Positions 28,639 to 38,326 of a DNA stretch of 64,000 nucleotides are shown here, piece by piece. Every line of letters begins with the position of its first letter. Position 1 is the stretch's first letter. Position numbers and translations under genes: made by a program. The DNA is from an uncultured Planctomycetia bacterium (GTDB lineage: Bacteria; Omnitrophota; Gorgyraeia; 1-14-0-20-64-10). Under the pieces are notes generated by a model. It did not search any database. It saw only the letters and a program-made list of their open reading frames with translations, and had not been told where the DNA came from. The DNA lies in NCBI GenBank assembly GCA_964373805.1, contig CAYJWF010000001.1:47181-111180 (forward strand), in the 5' to 3' direction.

Positions 28639-29382
28639 ATGCCGCGTAAACGGGAACTGACGTTCTGGGAACGAATTTACCTACCGGAGATTGTCCGGGG
28701 GGTGTGGATTACCTCTCGTCACTTCTTCGTTAATCTCTTTCTCCACACGGCACATCTCTTTGGGCTGTTCAAGGACCGCGCGGCCTCGGTCACCTTTCAG
28801 TATCCGGAGCAGCCCCGACCGTTGGCTCCCCGTTTAAGGACTCGGCATCGGTTAACGGTTCGGCCAGAGCCCCGCGCTGACGCGCGGGACTTTTCTGGAT
28901 TGGCCGCTGACGCAGCGGCTGGCGCTGTCGGAAGCGCCACCACGCGCTCCGGCGCAGCCAGAAACATAGAGGAAGGGACTCCCCGGTGTGTGGCCTGCAT
29001 GCTCTGCGAGACGGTCTGCCCGGCCAAATGCATCACGATCGTCGCTGGAGAGCACCCGGATCCGAACGTGGAGAAATATCCGATTCGGTTCGACATTGAT
29101 TTAGGGGTCTGCGTCTACTGCGGCTACTGTGTCGAGGCCTGTCCGGAGGATGCCATTCGGATGGACACCGAGATCCTGGACATCGCCGCCTATTCTAGGG
29201 CCCAGATGAAGCTGGACATCCATGAGCTCATGGATCCCAAGCTGCGCAAGCCGGTGAACCAGTGTGAACTAAGGTTTCCACACCAATGCGCCCTGCACGG
29301 TGGTCAGATGAAAGGGAACTGGCAAGACGTCTATGGGAAAACGGAACAGGGACTGTCCCCGCAGGGGACTGTCCCTGGCTAA
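28639..29382 (+). CDS. nuoI: NADH-quinone oxidoreductase subunit I with in-frame ~35-aa repeat-encoded insert and C-terminal extension
   Basis: Two 4Fe-4S motifs CVACMLCETVCP and CVYCGYCVEACP; insert PRADARDFSGLAADAAAGAVGSATTRSGAARN between N-terminal segment and first ferredoxin motif. Confidence 0.8.
   Translation: MPRKRELTFWERIYLPEIVRGVWITSRHFFVNLFLHTAHLFGLFKDRAASVTFQYPEQPRPLAPRLRTRHRLTVRPEPRADARDFSGLAADAAAGAVGSATTRSGAARNIEEGTPRCVACMLCETVCPAKCITIVAGEHPDPNVEKYPIRFDIDLGVCVYCGYCVEACPEDAIRMDTEILDIAAYSRAQMKLDIHELMDPKLRKPVNQCELRFPHQCALHGGQMKGNWQDVYGKTEQGLSPQGTVPG
28866..28972. repeat. single copy of the same ~105-bp palindromic element, in-frame inside nuoI
   Basis: gagccccgcgctgacgcgcgggacttttctggattggccgctgacgcagcggctggcgctgtcggaagcgccaccacgcgctccggcgcagccagaaacatagagg. 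Confidence 0.8.
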
Positions 29383-29385
29383 AAT

Positions 29386-30387
29386 ATGCGTTATCGAGAA
29401 CTTGCCAAGAGTGGTTTAAAACTTTCCGAGATCGGGTTCGGGGTCTGGACCGTCTCCACCACCTGGTGGGGAGTCAAGGAGGAGTCGGTCGGCGTCGATC
29501 TGCTGCGGAAGGCTTTCGATCTGGGGATCACCTTTTTTGATACCGCCGATACCTACGGTAACGGGCTGGGGGAGACGATCCTAGCGAAGGCGCTGGGAGA
29601 CAAAAGAGATCAATTCGTGATCGGCACCAAGGTCGGCTACGATTTCTATCACCACACCGGCCGAAGAGGGCAGGAGGAACTCCCCCAAGATTTCTCGTCC
29701 AACTATCTCGAGTTTGCTTTAGGGGAATCGCTCAAGAGATTGGGGACAGATTGCGTCGACCTGTATCAGCTCCACAACCCGCGGATCGATGTGATTGAGC
29801 GCGACGAGGTGTTCCAGACCCTTGAGCGTTTCAAGCGGGAAGGGAAGATCCGAGCCTATGGGGCCGCCTTGGGGCCGGCCATCGCTCCTCGGCAGATCGA
29901 AGAAGGAAAGGCCGCCATTGCCCGAGGATTCAATTCGGTCCAGATCATCTACAACCTCTTGGAACAGATGTTGGGGGAGGCCTTGTTTCCGGCGGCCCAA
30001 GGGAGGGATTCCAGTTTCTTGGTACGGGTGCCCCATGCCTCCGGCCTTCTCGATGGGACGGTGACGCGCGAGACCACCTTCTCCGAGACCGATCACCGGT
30101 ATCATCGGGTCTCGACCGACGATCGAAAGCGGCTCTGGCAGGAAGAGGGGTTAAAGAAGGTGGAGCAACTGTCATTCCTCACCGAGGGAACCAGCCGGAC
30201 CTTAGGCCAAGCAGCCTTGAGATTCATCTTAAGCGAACCGACCGTGGCTTCGGTCTTGCCCAACCTCTACAACGAACAACTCCTCACCGAATTCGCCGCT
30301 GCAAGCGACGTTGCCGATCTTTCTTCAGAGGAGCTGGCCCGAGCCGTGGCTGCGGCTAGAGGAAGCCGCACCACTTGTAAGCTCTGA
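29386..30387 (+). CDS. aldo/keto reductase family oxidoreductase
   Basis: [11 protein letters not shown], ...GASGLL AKR motifs. Confidence 0.75.
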   Translation: MRYRELAKSGLKLSEIGFGVWTVSTTWWGVKEESVGVDLLRKAFDLGITFFDTADTYGNGLGETILAKALGDKRDQFVIGTKVGYDFYHHTGRRGQEELPQDFSSNYLEFALGESLKRLGTDCVDLYQLHNPRIDVIERDEVFQTLERFKREGKIRAYGAALGPAIAPRQIEEGKAAIARGFNSVQIIYNLLEQMLGEALFPAAQGRDSSFLVRVPHASGLLDGTVTRETTFSETDHRYHRVSTDDRKRLWQEEGLKKVEQLSFLTEGTSRTLGQAALRFILSEPTVASVLPNLYNEQLLTEFAAASDVADLSSEELARAVAAARGSRTTCKL

Positions 30388-30448
30388 GTCGCCCAGCTTC
30401 AGGCCTCCTAAGCTCGGAGCGGCCACCTCGAAGATTTGTAGAGAAGTA

Positions 30449-30476
30449 TTGACAATTTAAAGTACCACTTTAGAAT
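30449..30476 (+). promoter_or_regulatory. sigma70-like promoter TTGACA-N16-TAGAAT giving a leaderless transcript of the ATPase gene
   Basis: -35 30449-30454, -10 30471-30476, ATG at 30484; AT-rich context unlike surrounding DNA. Confidence 0.5.
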
Positions 30477-30483
30477 AGCATAT

Positions 30484-31704
30484 ATGTATATCCATCGTTT
30501 ACTGGAGAAAACCTTAAAAGAGGCCCTCGCGTCATTTCCTGTCGTCTTCATAGGCGGTCCGCGGCGTTCAGGGAAGACCACGCTGGTGAAGCAGCTTGTC
30601 CCACGGTCCAGGTATGTGCTTTTGGATGAGATGGATGTTCGTGCCTTTGCTTCAGAAGACCCGAAAGGGTTCTTGGACGCGAATCCGCCGCCGGTCATCA
30701 TGGATGAGATTCAAAACGTTCCACAACTCTTGCCCTATATCAAAGCGCGGGCAGACAAAGACAAAAAGCCCGGGCAGTGGGTATTGACCGGCTCACAGCA
30801 GTGGGCGCCTATGAAAGGCATCGGCGAAACTCTGGCCGGTCGAGTCGCTGTGCTGCACCTTTATCCATTCTCTTTGACGGAAATACAGAAAAGAGCCGCG
30901 ACTCAGCCTGAAGGAATTGAAAAGCTCATGGAATATTTTGAGCGGGCGGTGCCTCGGCCGCAAAAAGCGGTTGCGCTGGGTGATTGGATCTTAAAGGGTG
31001 GATATCCGGAAGTCGTGCTTGGCAAAAGTACCTCCCGTAAATTGTGGTTTTCAAGTTACATGCAGACCTACATTGACCGGGATGTTCGCGGAAACATCAA
31101 GGAAATCAACCTCAGGGACTTCGAGCGGTTTGTCCGGCTTCTTGCGGCCAGATCCGCGCAGCAACTTAACGCCTCAACTCTTGCCGGGGACGTCGGAGTA
31201 ACCGTCCCCACCATCAAGGCATGGTTGACTCTTTTGGAGGCCGGCGGCTTGATTTTCTTTTTGATGCCTTATCATAGGAATTTTGGCAAGAGAGTGATCA
31301 AGGCGCCAAAGTGTTATTTCATGGATACCGGTCTTATCTGTTATCTTGTCGGGATCAAAGATGGGCTATCCGCCCTACGGGGTCCGATGGGAGGCGCTCT
31401 TTTTGAGACTGCGTGCGTCTCTCAAATGTATAAACGCCTTGCCGCGATGGGGGAGGAGAGGGCGCTTTATTATTTCCGGAGCCATGACGGTCTGGAGATC
31501 GATATGCTGATTGAACGGCCACAGCGCTGTTATCCCATTGAAATCAAGCTATCTTCGACTATCAGCAGTCAGCAGGCGTGGGGTATCAGGAGATGGATGG
31601 AATTGAGCGGAGACAAAAAACAAACCGGGTTCGTTGTGTCAACGGCTAAGGAATTGGGCATAGTGGCATCAGGGATACGCAATATCCATTACAACCTCTT
31701 ATAA
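30484..31704 (+). CDS. AAA+ ATPase with DUF4143 domain
   Basis: Walker A GGPRRSGKTT, Walker B VIMDEIQ; architecture of the ATPase/DUF4143 family. Confidence 0.65.
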   Translation: MYIHRLLEKTLKEALASFPVVFIGGPRRSGKTTLVKQLVPRSRYVLLDEMDVRAFASEDPKGFLDANPPPVIMDEIQNVPQLLPYIKARADKDKKPGQWVLTGSQQWAPMKGIGETLAGRVAVLHLYPFSLTEIQKRAATQPEGIEKLMEYFERAVPRPQKAVALGDWILKGGYPEVVLGKSTSRKLWFSSYMQTYIDRDVRGNIKEINLRDFERFVRLLAARSAQQLNASTLAGDVGVTVPTIKAWLTLLEAGGLIFFLMPYHRNFGKRVIKAPKCYFMDTGLICYLVGIKDGLSALRGPMGGALFETACVSQMYKRLAAMGEERALYYFRSHDGLEIDMLIERPQRCYPIEIKLSSTISSQQAWGIRRWMELSGDKKQTGFVVSTAKELGIVASGIRNIHYNLL

Positions 31705-31708
31705 GAAT

Positions 31709-31748
31709 CAGGGGGACGCTCCATTTGGGGACACTCTACTGTGGAAAG
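31709..31748. repeat. 40-bp direct repeat copy 1 flanking the AbiE cassette
   Basis: cagggggacgctccatttggggacactctactgtggaaag; ~92% identical to 33075-33115. Confidence 0.7.
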
Positions 31749-31836
31749 AGCCTGCATTTTCCACAAGGGTCTGTCCCTTTTTGATTGAGTTATTTATCAT
31801 ATCAGTATACAATATTGTATACCACTGGTTTAATTT

Positions 31837-32394
31837 ATGAACAATTCAGAGCGGTTAAAAATACTCATGGAATCCGGAAGGTCGATATTTACGCCTCTGG
31901 ACATGCGCCTGTTGTGGCAGATGAATGCCTTGAGCGCCAAGATCAGCGCTGTGCGGATGGTGGAAAATGGGCTCATGATGAGGTTGGCCAATGGCTATTA
32001 TGCTCTGAATGATCGGTATAACCCGTATGAACTCGCCAACCGCCTGGTCTCGCCTTCCTACGTCTCGTTTCAGGCCTCTCTTTTTCACGCGGGGATCAAT
32101 TTTCAAGCGCGTCGGGAGATCGGATCCGTGGCGACTCGAGACCGCCAAAGGAAAGTGGGGGACGTCCTTTATACCTATGCCGCCATGAAGAAGGAGTTGT
32201 TTTTCGGCATGGAAGGTGTGGTGACTCGCGAAGGCGTGTCGATAGCGAGCCCTGAGCGCGCGATCCTGGACAGTTTTTACTTCGGGTATTTACCGGATAT
32301 CGACGATGCCGGAAAATTAAATAAAACCACTTTGGCGAAATTAAGCGCTGGGTACCCTAAGACCGTTCAAAAGAAGGTGAAAAATCTTTTATGA
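31837..32394 (+). CDS. AbiEi-family antitoxin (type IV TA transcriptional regulator)
   Basis: 185 aa, precedes and overlaps an AbiEii-like NTase gene; AbiEi-like N-terminal wHTH region. Confidence 0.5.
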   Translation: MNNSERLKILMESGRSIFTPLDMRLLWQMNALSAKISAVRMVENGLMMRLANGYYALNDRYNPYELANRLVSPSYVSFQASLFHAGINFQARREIGSVATRDRQRKVGDVLYTYAAMKKELFFGMEGVVTREGVSIASPERAILDSFYFGYLPDIDDAGKLNKTTLAKLSAGYPKTVQKKVKNLL

Positions 32395-33140
32395 GCCGCT
32401 TGTTTGAACGGGACACGCATAAAAGGTATCTTGCGCTTTTACTGACAGAGATGGCAAAGGCATTTCCTGAGAAGATCGCGTTTAAAGGCGGCACCTGCGC
32501 TCATTTTTTTTACAACCTTCCGCGATTCTCATTTGATCTGGATTTCGATATGGTCCGAGCCTTTAAGGCCGTCGATGTCGATCGATTCCGTGAGCTTGTG
32601 GAAAAACATGGACAAGCGAAGGATTTTTATGACAAGGCAAACACCTTATTTTGCCTTTTTGATTACGGGAAAGGCTATCCCAATATCAAAATCGAGCTGA
32701 ATAAGCGTGTGTGGACCCATAATGTTTATAAACCCGTCTGGTTGATGGGGGTGCCGATTTCTATTGCGGATGAAACCACGGTTCTTACGAATAAGCTGGT
32801 CGCGCTCACGGATCGAAAGACCGCGGTCGCGAGAGACTTATACGATATCTGGTACTTTTTAAAGGCGGGGTTTCCGGTCCACGATGCCCTTGTCCTCGAG
32901 CGCACCGGCAAGGATGCCCGAACCTATTTGGCATCCATCACCGCGTTTATCAAGAAAACCTATACGCCCCGTAACGTGTTGCACGGGCTGGGTGATGCGC
33001 TCGATGAAAAACAGAAGGCTTGGGCAAAGGATCATCTTGTTTCAGAAACCATACAGGAGATCAATCGGCGTGAGTCGGGGGGACGCTCCATTTTGGGACA
33101 CTCTACTGCGGAAAGAACCGCGTCCCCATCGCCACCCTAA
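32391..33140 (+). CDS. AbiEii/AbiGii-family nucleotidyltransferase toxin (DUF1814)
   Basis: FKGGTCAHFFYNLPRFSFDLDFD NTase core; C-terminal 20 codons read through direct repeat copy 2. Confidence 0.6.
   Translation: MSRLFERDTHKRYLALLLTEMAKAFPEKIAFKGGTCAHFFYNLPRFSFDLDFDMVRAFKAVDVDRFRELVEKHGQAKDFYDKANTLFCLFDYGKGYPNIKIELNKRVWTHNVYKPVWLMGVPISIADETTVLTNKLVALTDRKTAVARDLYDIWYFLKAGFPVHDALVLERTGKDARTYLASITAFIKKTYTPRNVLHGLGDALDEKQKAWAKDHLVSETIQEINRRESGGRSILGHSTAERTASPSPP
33075..33115. repeat. 40-bp direct repeat copy 2
   Basis: tcggggggacgctccattttgggacactctactgcggaaag. Confidence 0.7.
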
Positions 33141-33249
33141 CGACTCCCCCAGCGGCTGCGGCTGAAGGAGGCCGCACCACGGCCCTCGGGCCGGTGGCTT
33201 ATGCGGTTAAGGTGAAAGGGGTCGGGACGACCTGGCACCTTAAGGCGCC

Positions 33250-34692
33250 TTAAAACAGTCCCTTGACGGCGGCGTAGGAAAGCCGGAGGAACGGTTCTTG
33301 CCAGATGCCGATCCCCAACATACCCAGGAGACAGACGTAAAGGGCGATGCGGACCGGTATCGCTACTGGAATCGGGGTAGGATCGTCGGGCGGATCCACG
33401 TACATCCTCTTGACCAACACCAGGTAGTAGTAAAGGGAGATCACCACCGCCGCGGCTCCCACGACCGCTAACCAGAAATACCCTTCTCCCACCGCGCTTA
33501 AAAGGAGCAGGAATTTCCCAAAGAATCCGGAAAGGGGCGGCACCCCGGCCAGGGAAAGCAGCGCCACAAAGAGAGTCGCTGCCAAGAAGGGGGATCGCCG
33601 GGAGAGACCGGCGTAGGAGCGCATCTCGTCGGATCCCACCTGCTTCGAGAAGGCGGCCACGACCAGGAAGACGGCCAGGTTCGTGACCAGGTAGCTTACG
33701 AGATAAAAGACAACCGCGGTGGCGCCGAGACTCGAAGGAGAGGCGATCCCGATCAACAGGTATCCGGCATGCCCGATCGAGGAGTACCCCAAGAACCGCT
33801 TGATGTTCGTCTGAGGGATCGCTCCTAAGTTCCCGTAGAGGATCGTCAAACCGGCCAGCCACGCGATCAGGATCGACCAGTGGCCGCTTGCGGGAAGAAA
33901 CAGCTCATGGAGGACCCGAATGGCGACCAAGAATCCGGCCGCTTTGGAACCGACCGAGAGGAAGGCGGTGACCGGCGTGGGAGCCCCTTCGTAAACGTCC
34001 GGCACCCAGAGATGAAACGGAACCGCCGCCGCCTTGAACGTAATCCCCCCTAAGATCATGAGGAGCCCCAAGAGCATCCCGGCTGGAAGCTGCTCTCGAT
34101 CTCGCAGAACCGCTTGGATTTCGGAGAACCTCGTTGACCCGGTGGCGCCGTACAGATAGGCGATCCCATAGAGGAAAAATGCCGAGGCGATAGAGCCTAA
34201 GATGAGGTACTTAAGACCCGCCTCCAGGGAGCGGGCGTCGGTTTTGAGATAGGCCGTCATCACGTAAAAGGAGATCGTGATCAGCTCCAGAGAGATAAAC
34301 AGCGTCAGGAAATCGCCTGCCGAAGCCACGAACAACATCCCTAAGGTGGCCGCTAAGAGGAGGAGATAAAACTCCGAATGATTCTGCTCCAGGGTGTGGA
34401 CAAGCTCGCGGGTCATGAGGACGACGAGAAGCGCAGTTAAAGCGAAGATCCCTTTGAAGAGGGTCGATAATGGATCGATTCGATACATCCCACCGAGGAG
34501 ATCTTGGACGCCCAACGAACCTTGCCATAGGAGGATCGGTAGTAAAGGAGTGAGCCCCAGCGCCGTGATCGTACCAAGGGTTCGATGGCGCGTAGCCCCA
34601 CGCCACTTAAGGTCGAGCGCCAGGAGCAATCCCATCAGGCCGGCCAGCCAAAATTCTGGCAGCAGAAAACTCCAGCCCGATGGGATGCTCAT
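33250..34692 (-). CDS. nuoN: NADH-quinone oxidoreductase subunit N
   Basis: Complex I antiporter-like subunit; start MSIPSGW overlapping nuoM stop; ORF-track extension to 35550 judged spurious. Confidence 0.8.
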   Translation of the reverse strand: MSIPSGWSFLLPEFWLAGLMGLLLALDLKWRGATRHRTLGTITALGLTPLLPILLWQGSLGVQDLLGGMYRIDPLSTLFKGIFALTALLVVLMTRELVHTLEQNHSEFYLLLLAATLGMLFVASAGDFLTLFISLELITISFYVMTAYLKTDARSLEAGLKYLILGSIASAFFLYGIAYLYGATGSTRFSEIQAVLRDREQLPAGMLLGLLMILGGITFKAAAVPFHLWVPDVYEGAPTPVTAFLSVGSKAAGFLVAIRVLHELFLPASGHWSILIAWLAGLTILYGNLGAIPQTNIKRFLGYSSIGHAGYLLIGIASPSSLGATAVVFYLVSYLVTNLAVFLVVAAFSKQVGSDEMRSYAGLSRRSPFLAATLFVALLSLAGVPPLSGFFGKFLLLLSAVGEGYFWLAVVGAAAVVISLYYYLVLVKRMYVDPPDDPTPIPVAIPVRIALYVCLLGMLGIGIWQEPFLRLSYAAVKGLF

Positions 34693-36182
34693 AATTGGGC
34701 CAGCATCCGTAAGGGGTTCAGGGCCTCCAGGACCGATCCGGTGGAAACCGAGATGAGATCGGTGAGTGTTCTCGGCCAGCAGCCGACGATGAGAAGGCCA
34801 GCAATCAAGATGAGGTACGGGAGCCGTTCGAAAGGGGTGGCGTCCTGCAGGTGGACCCATCGGGGGTTGAGCGGGCCAAAGAAGGCGGTCCGGACGATCC
34901 TCAGCATGTAGAAGGCGGTGATCACAATCCCCAACACCGCGGCCAAGGCGGACCACCGATAGGTTTCCCAGGCGCCGAAGAAGATGAGGAGCTCCGAGGC
35001 AAAATTGGCAAAGCCTGGCAAACCGGCCGAGGCCAACGCGGCCATGATGAACAGAACCGCGATGAAAGGGACCTGCCGAGCCAATCCTCCCCACTCCGAG
35101 AAGATCCGGGTGTGGGTCTGATCGTAGATGTGGCCGACCGCGGCGAAGGCCAGGGCGGTCATGAGGCCGTGGCCAAACATAAGGAGCACCGCTCCGTTTA
35201 ACCCGATCGGATTTAAGCAGGCGATTCCCAACAGCACGTATCCCATGTGGCTGGAGGAGGAGTAGCCGATCAAGAACTTGGCGTCCCGCTGGGCCATGGC
35301 CACCCATCCGCCGTAGAGGATGTTCATCACCACAATCCCTGCCACCCAGGGGAGCCACGTGATCGCCCCTTGGGGGAGGAGTGGAACGGCGATCCGAAGG
35401 ATCGCGTACGACCCCAGCTTCATGAGCACCCCGGCATGCAGCATGCTCACCGCCGAGGGAGCCGCCGCGTGCCCAATGGGGGACCAGGAATGAAACGGCC
35501 ACATCGGGGCAATCACCCCAAACCCAATCAGGAGAAAAGGGAAAAGCCAACGCTGCAAGGGGCCGGGGATCGGATTCTGGGCCAGGTACCGTTTCAGAAA
35601 AAGGAGATCAAAGGTTGGCACTCCACTGACCACGTAGAGGATGAGAAGCCCCACGAGAGCCAAGACCGCCCCGGCAGTCAAGTAGAGGGTGAGCTTCATC
35701 GTGGCGTACTCTTTGTCCCCGGATCCCCAGATCCCAATCAAGGGGAACATCGGGATCGCCGCCATCTCGTAGAAGAAATAGAAGAAGAACAGATCGAGCG
35801 ACGTGAAAACCCCGTACACCCCGCCGATCAACAAGAGATAGAAGAGGTAATACTCCTTGACCCGCTCCCGGATTCGGTAAGAGATGAGCACCCCGGTAAA
35901 GCTGCAGAGGGCGTTGAGCAAGGTCAGCGTGAGACTGATGCCGTCCAGTCCAACCTGATAATGGATCCCTAAATAGGGGATCCACGGGATCCGGTCGACC
36001 CATTGGTAATCCCCAGCGGCCCGGTCGTAACAGGCCACTAAAATCAGAGTGATGATCAAAGGCAGACCGGTGGCCGCTGCCGAAATCCGGCGCACCCAGC
36101 GGACTCGGTCGTTGGGGATAACCAAAAGCAACAAGGCGCCGATCAAGGGGCTCAGGAGAATGACGCTTACCGGTCCCATCAT
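34689..36182 (-). CDS. nuoM: NADH-quinone oxidoreductase subunit M
   Basis: 497-aa antiporter-like subunit. Confidence 0.85.
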   Translation of the reverse strand: MMGPVSVILLSPLIGALLLLVIPNDRVRWVRRISAAATGLPLIITLILVACYDRAAGDYQWVDRIPWIPYLGIHYQVGLDGISLTLTLLNALCSFTGVLISYRIRERVKEYYLFYLLLIGGVYGVFTSLDLFFFYFFYEMAAIPMFPLIGIWGSGDKEYATMKLTLYLTAGAVLALVGLLILYVVSGVPTFDLLFLKRYLAQNPIPGPLQRWLFPFLLIGFGVIAPMWPFHSWSPIGHAAAPSAVSMLHAGVLMKLGSYAILRIAVPLLPQGAITWLPWVAGIVVMNILYGGWVAMAQRDAKFLIGYSSSSHMGYVLLGIACLNPIGLNGAVLLMFGHGLMTALAFAAVGHIYDQTHTRIFSEWGGLARQVPFIAVLFIMAALASAGLPGFANFASELLIFFGAWETYRWSALAAVLGIVITAFYMLRIVRTAFFGPLNPRWVHLQDATPFERLPYLILIAGLLIVGCWPRTLTDLISVSTGSVLEALNPLRMLAQL

Positions 36183-38029
36183 CTGAGGCTGAAGTACAGG
36201 AGAATCGTTAAGCCGCCCAAGAGGGTCAGGGCGTACGCCTGGACCTTACCGGTCTGCGCCCGGCGTACCAAAGATCCGGTTAAGCCGGTGACCTTGGCTA
36301 TGCCGTTGGCCCAGAGCCCGATGATCACGTACCGTTCGAAGAGGCTTAAAAGGATGGCCCATCGCTGCTGGACGTTCTGGTTCAACCAGCGGTACAGATC
36401 GTCCACGAAATATTTTCGACGAAGAACATACGCCATCCAATCGACGGCCGGGACACCGAGCTTGACCGGCCGCCAGTTTCCTCGATACAAGCCGTACGCC
36501 AGACCCAGCCCGCTCAAGGCGACCAGAGTCGAGACCAATGCCACAAAGGGATTAAACTCCGCGTGAGCGCTTTCCATCTCATGGAGTAACCCGGGGATTC
36601 CGTAACCTCCCACGACCGAAAGGACTGCCAGCACGATGAGAGGCCCAGTCATGATCCGGGGAGCTTCATGGTGATGCGCGTGGATCTTAGGTTCGCCCCC
36701 AAAGGCGAGACACCAAACCCGTCCCATGTAGAAGGCGGTCATCCCAGCGGTGATCGTCGCGACGATCCAGAGGAATTGATTCTGGGTAAAAGCCAGGGTC
36801 AGGATCTCATCCTTACTCCAGAACCCGCTTAACGGAAAGATTCCACAGAGGGCCAACGAGGCGATAAAGAAGGTAGCGCTGGTCACCGGCATCGACTTCG
36901 TGAGTCCTCCCATCTGTTTCAAGTCGTTGGTATGGAGGGCATGAATGACGCAGCCGGCTCCGAGGAAGAGGAGCGCTTTAAAAAAGGCGTGGGTCGTTAA
37001 ATGGTACATCCCAACGACTGGACTGCCCAGCCCCAGGGCCATCACCATGTATCCCAGTTGACTCAAGGTGGAGTAGGCGAGTACCCTCTTCAAGTCGTTT
37101 TCCACTATGGCGAGGCTGGCGGCAAAGAAGGCGGTGAAGACCCCTAGGATGGCAATCCCTTGAAGCAGGAAAGGGTTCAAGGAGAAGAGGAAAAAGAGGC
37201 GGGCCATGAGATACACGCCGGCCGCTACCATGGTGGCGGCATGGATTAAAGCGGAAACAGGGGTGGGACCTTCCATCGCATCCGGCAGCCAGACGTGCAG
37301 CGGGAATTGAGCCGATTTGCCGACCACTCCGCAGAAGAGGAGCGCTCCGATCAGACCCAAGAGGCCGACGGAGACGTTGCCATGGAGGACGAATAGATCC
37401 AGACGTTCCTCCAATTTAAGGAAATTGAGCGTCTTGGGCTCCGCCCCCACACCGGATAAGCTCCAGAGCATCAAAATCCCGATTAGGAATCCGAAGTCAG
37501 CGATCCGGTTGACGAGGAACGCTTTCTTCCCGGCCTCGGCCGCTTGCGGCCGCTCAAACCAGTGGCCGATCAAGAGATAGGAGCTCGCCCCCACAAGTTC
37601 CCAGAAGATGAATAAGGTCACAAAGTTGTTGGCGAGGACGATTCCCAACATGGAGAAGGCAAACCCGGCCAGACCAGCGAAGTAGCGGGAGAAGCCGGTA
37701 TCGTCGGCCATGTAGCCGACCGAGTAGATGAAGATCATGAGCCCCACACCGGTGACGACGAGGCTCATGAGGATGGATAGCGGCGTCAGGAGCAGCCCGA
37801 ACTCCAGGTGCAAACCGGGCAGGTTAATCCAGGGGACCGATACCTCGAGCGGCAGTTGGATTTTCCATAGGGTGAAATCCAGGAAGGCCTTGAGCGATGC
37901 GAGGAAACTTACCCCTAAGCCGGCGATCGATAGAATCGCGGCCCACCTTTTGGAGGACCGATTTCCCAACACGATTCCTAAACAGGCCAACGCCGGCGCA
38001 AAGAGGATGATCCAGGGCAAGGCTACCAT
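36179..38029 (-). CDS. nuoL: NADH-quinone oxidoreductase subunit L
   Basis: 616-aa antiporter-like subunit with long C-terminal helix. Confidence 0.85.
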   Translation of the reverse strand: MVALPWIILFAPALACLGIVLGNRSSKRWAAILSIAGLGVSFLASLKAFLDFTLWKIQLPLEVSVPWINLPGLHLEFGLLLTPLSILMSLVVTGVGLMIFIYSVGYMADDTGFSRYFAGLAGFAFSMLGIVLANNFVTLFIFWELVGASSYLLIGHWFERPQAAEAGKKAFLVNRIADFGFLIGILMLWSLSGVGAEPKTLNFLKLEERLDLFVLHGNVSVGLLGLIGALLFCGVVGKSAQFPLHVWLPDAMEGPTPVSALIHAATMVAAGVYLMARLFFLFSLNPFLLQGIAILGVFTAFFAASLAIVENDLKRVLAYSTLSQLGYMVMALGLGSPVVGMYHLTTHAFFKALLFLGAGCVIHALHTNDLKQMGGLTKSMPVTSATFFIASLALCGIFPLSGFWSKDEILTLAFTQNQFLWIVATITAGMTAFYMGRVWCLAFGGEPKIHAHHHEAPRIMTGPLIVLAVLSVVGGYGIPGLLHEMESAHAEFNPFVALVSTLVALSGLGLAYGLYRGNWRPVKLGVPAVDWMAYVLRRKYFVDDLYRWLNQNVQQRWAILLSLFERYVIIGLWANGIAKVTGLTGSLVRRAQTGKVQAYALTLLGGLTILLYFSLR

Positions 38030-38325
38030 TTCAGCTCCCGCATTTCATCGGCATCACCCTTGCCGGTGGTTCGGACCAAAACCACAGCGATGGCGAGCCC
38101 AACGGTCACCTCAGCCGCCGCCACGAGGATCACGAAGAAGACCATGAGCTGTCCGTTTAAGTTTCCCAATGCCCGGGAGAAGGCTACAAAGGTGAGATTC
38201 ACCGCGTTGAGCAGGATCTCCAGGCTGAGCAGAATCATGATGACGTTTCGGCGGGTGATGACTCCTACCAGCCCAATGGTAAATAGGATCCCGCTTAAGA
38301 TGAGGTAATGCGTCAGGGTGACCAT
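38023..38325 (-). CDS. nuoK: NADH-quinone oxidoreductase subunit K
   Basis: ~100 aa MVTLTHYLILSGILFTIGL...; ORF-track 5' extension reads through repeat. Confidence 0.8.
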   Translation of the reverse strand: MVTLTHYLILSGILFTIGLVGVITRRNVIMILLSLEILLNAVNLTFVAFSRALGNLNGQLMVFFVILVAAAEVTVGLAIAVVLVRTTGKGDADEMRELKW

Positions 38326-38326
38326 T

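Noticed and set aside
33250-35550. 766-aa ORF-track version of nuoN
   Set aside because: 5' 286 codons overlap nuoM and are Arg/Gly/Pro-rich, high-GC open frame without membrane-protein character; real start is MSIPSGW overlapping the nuoM stop
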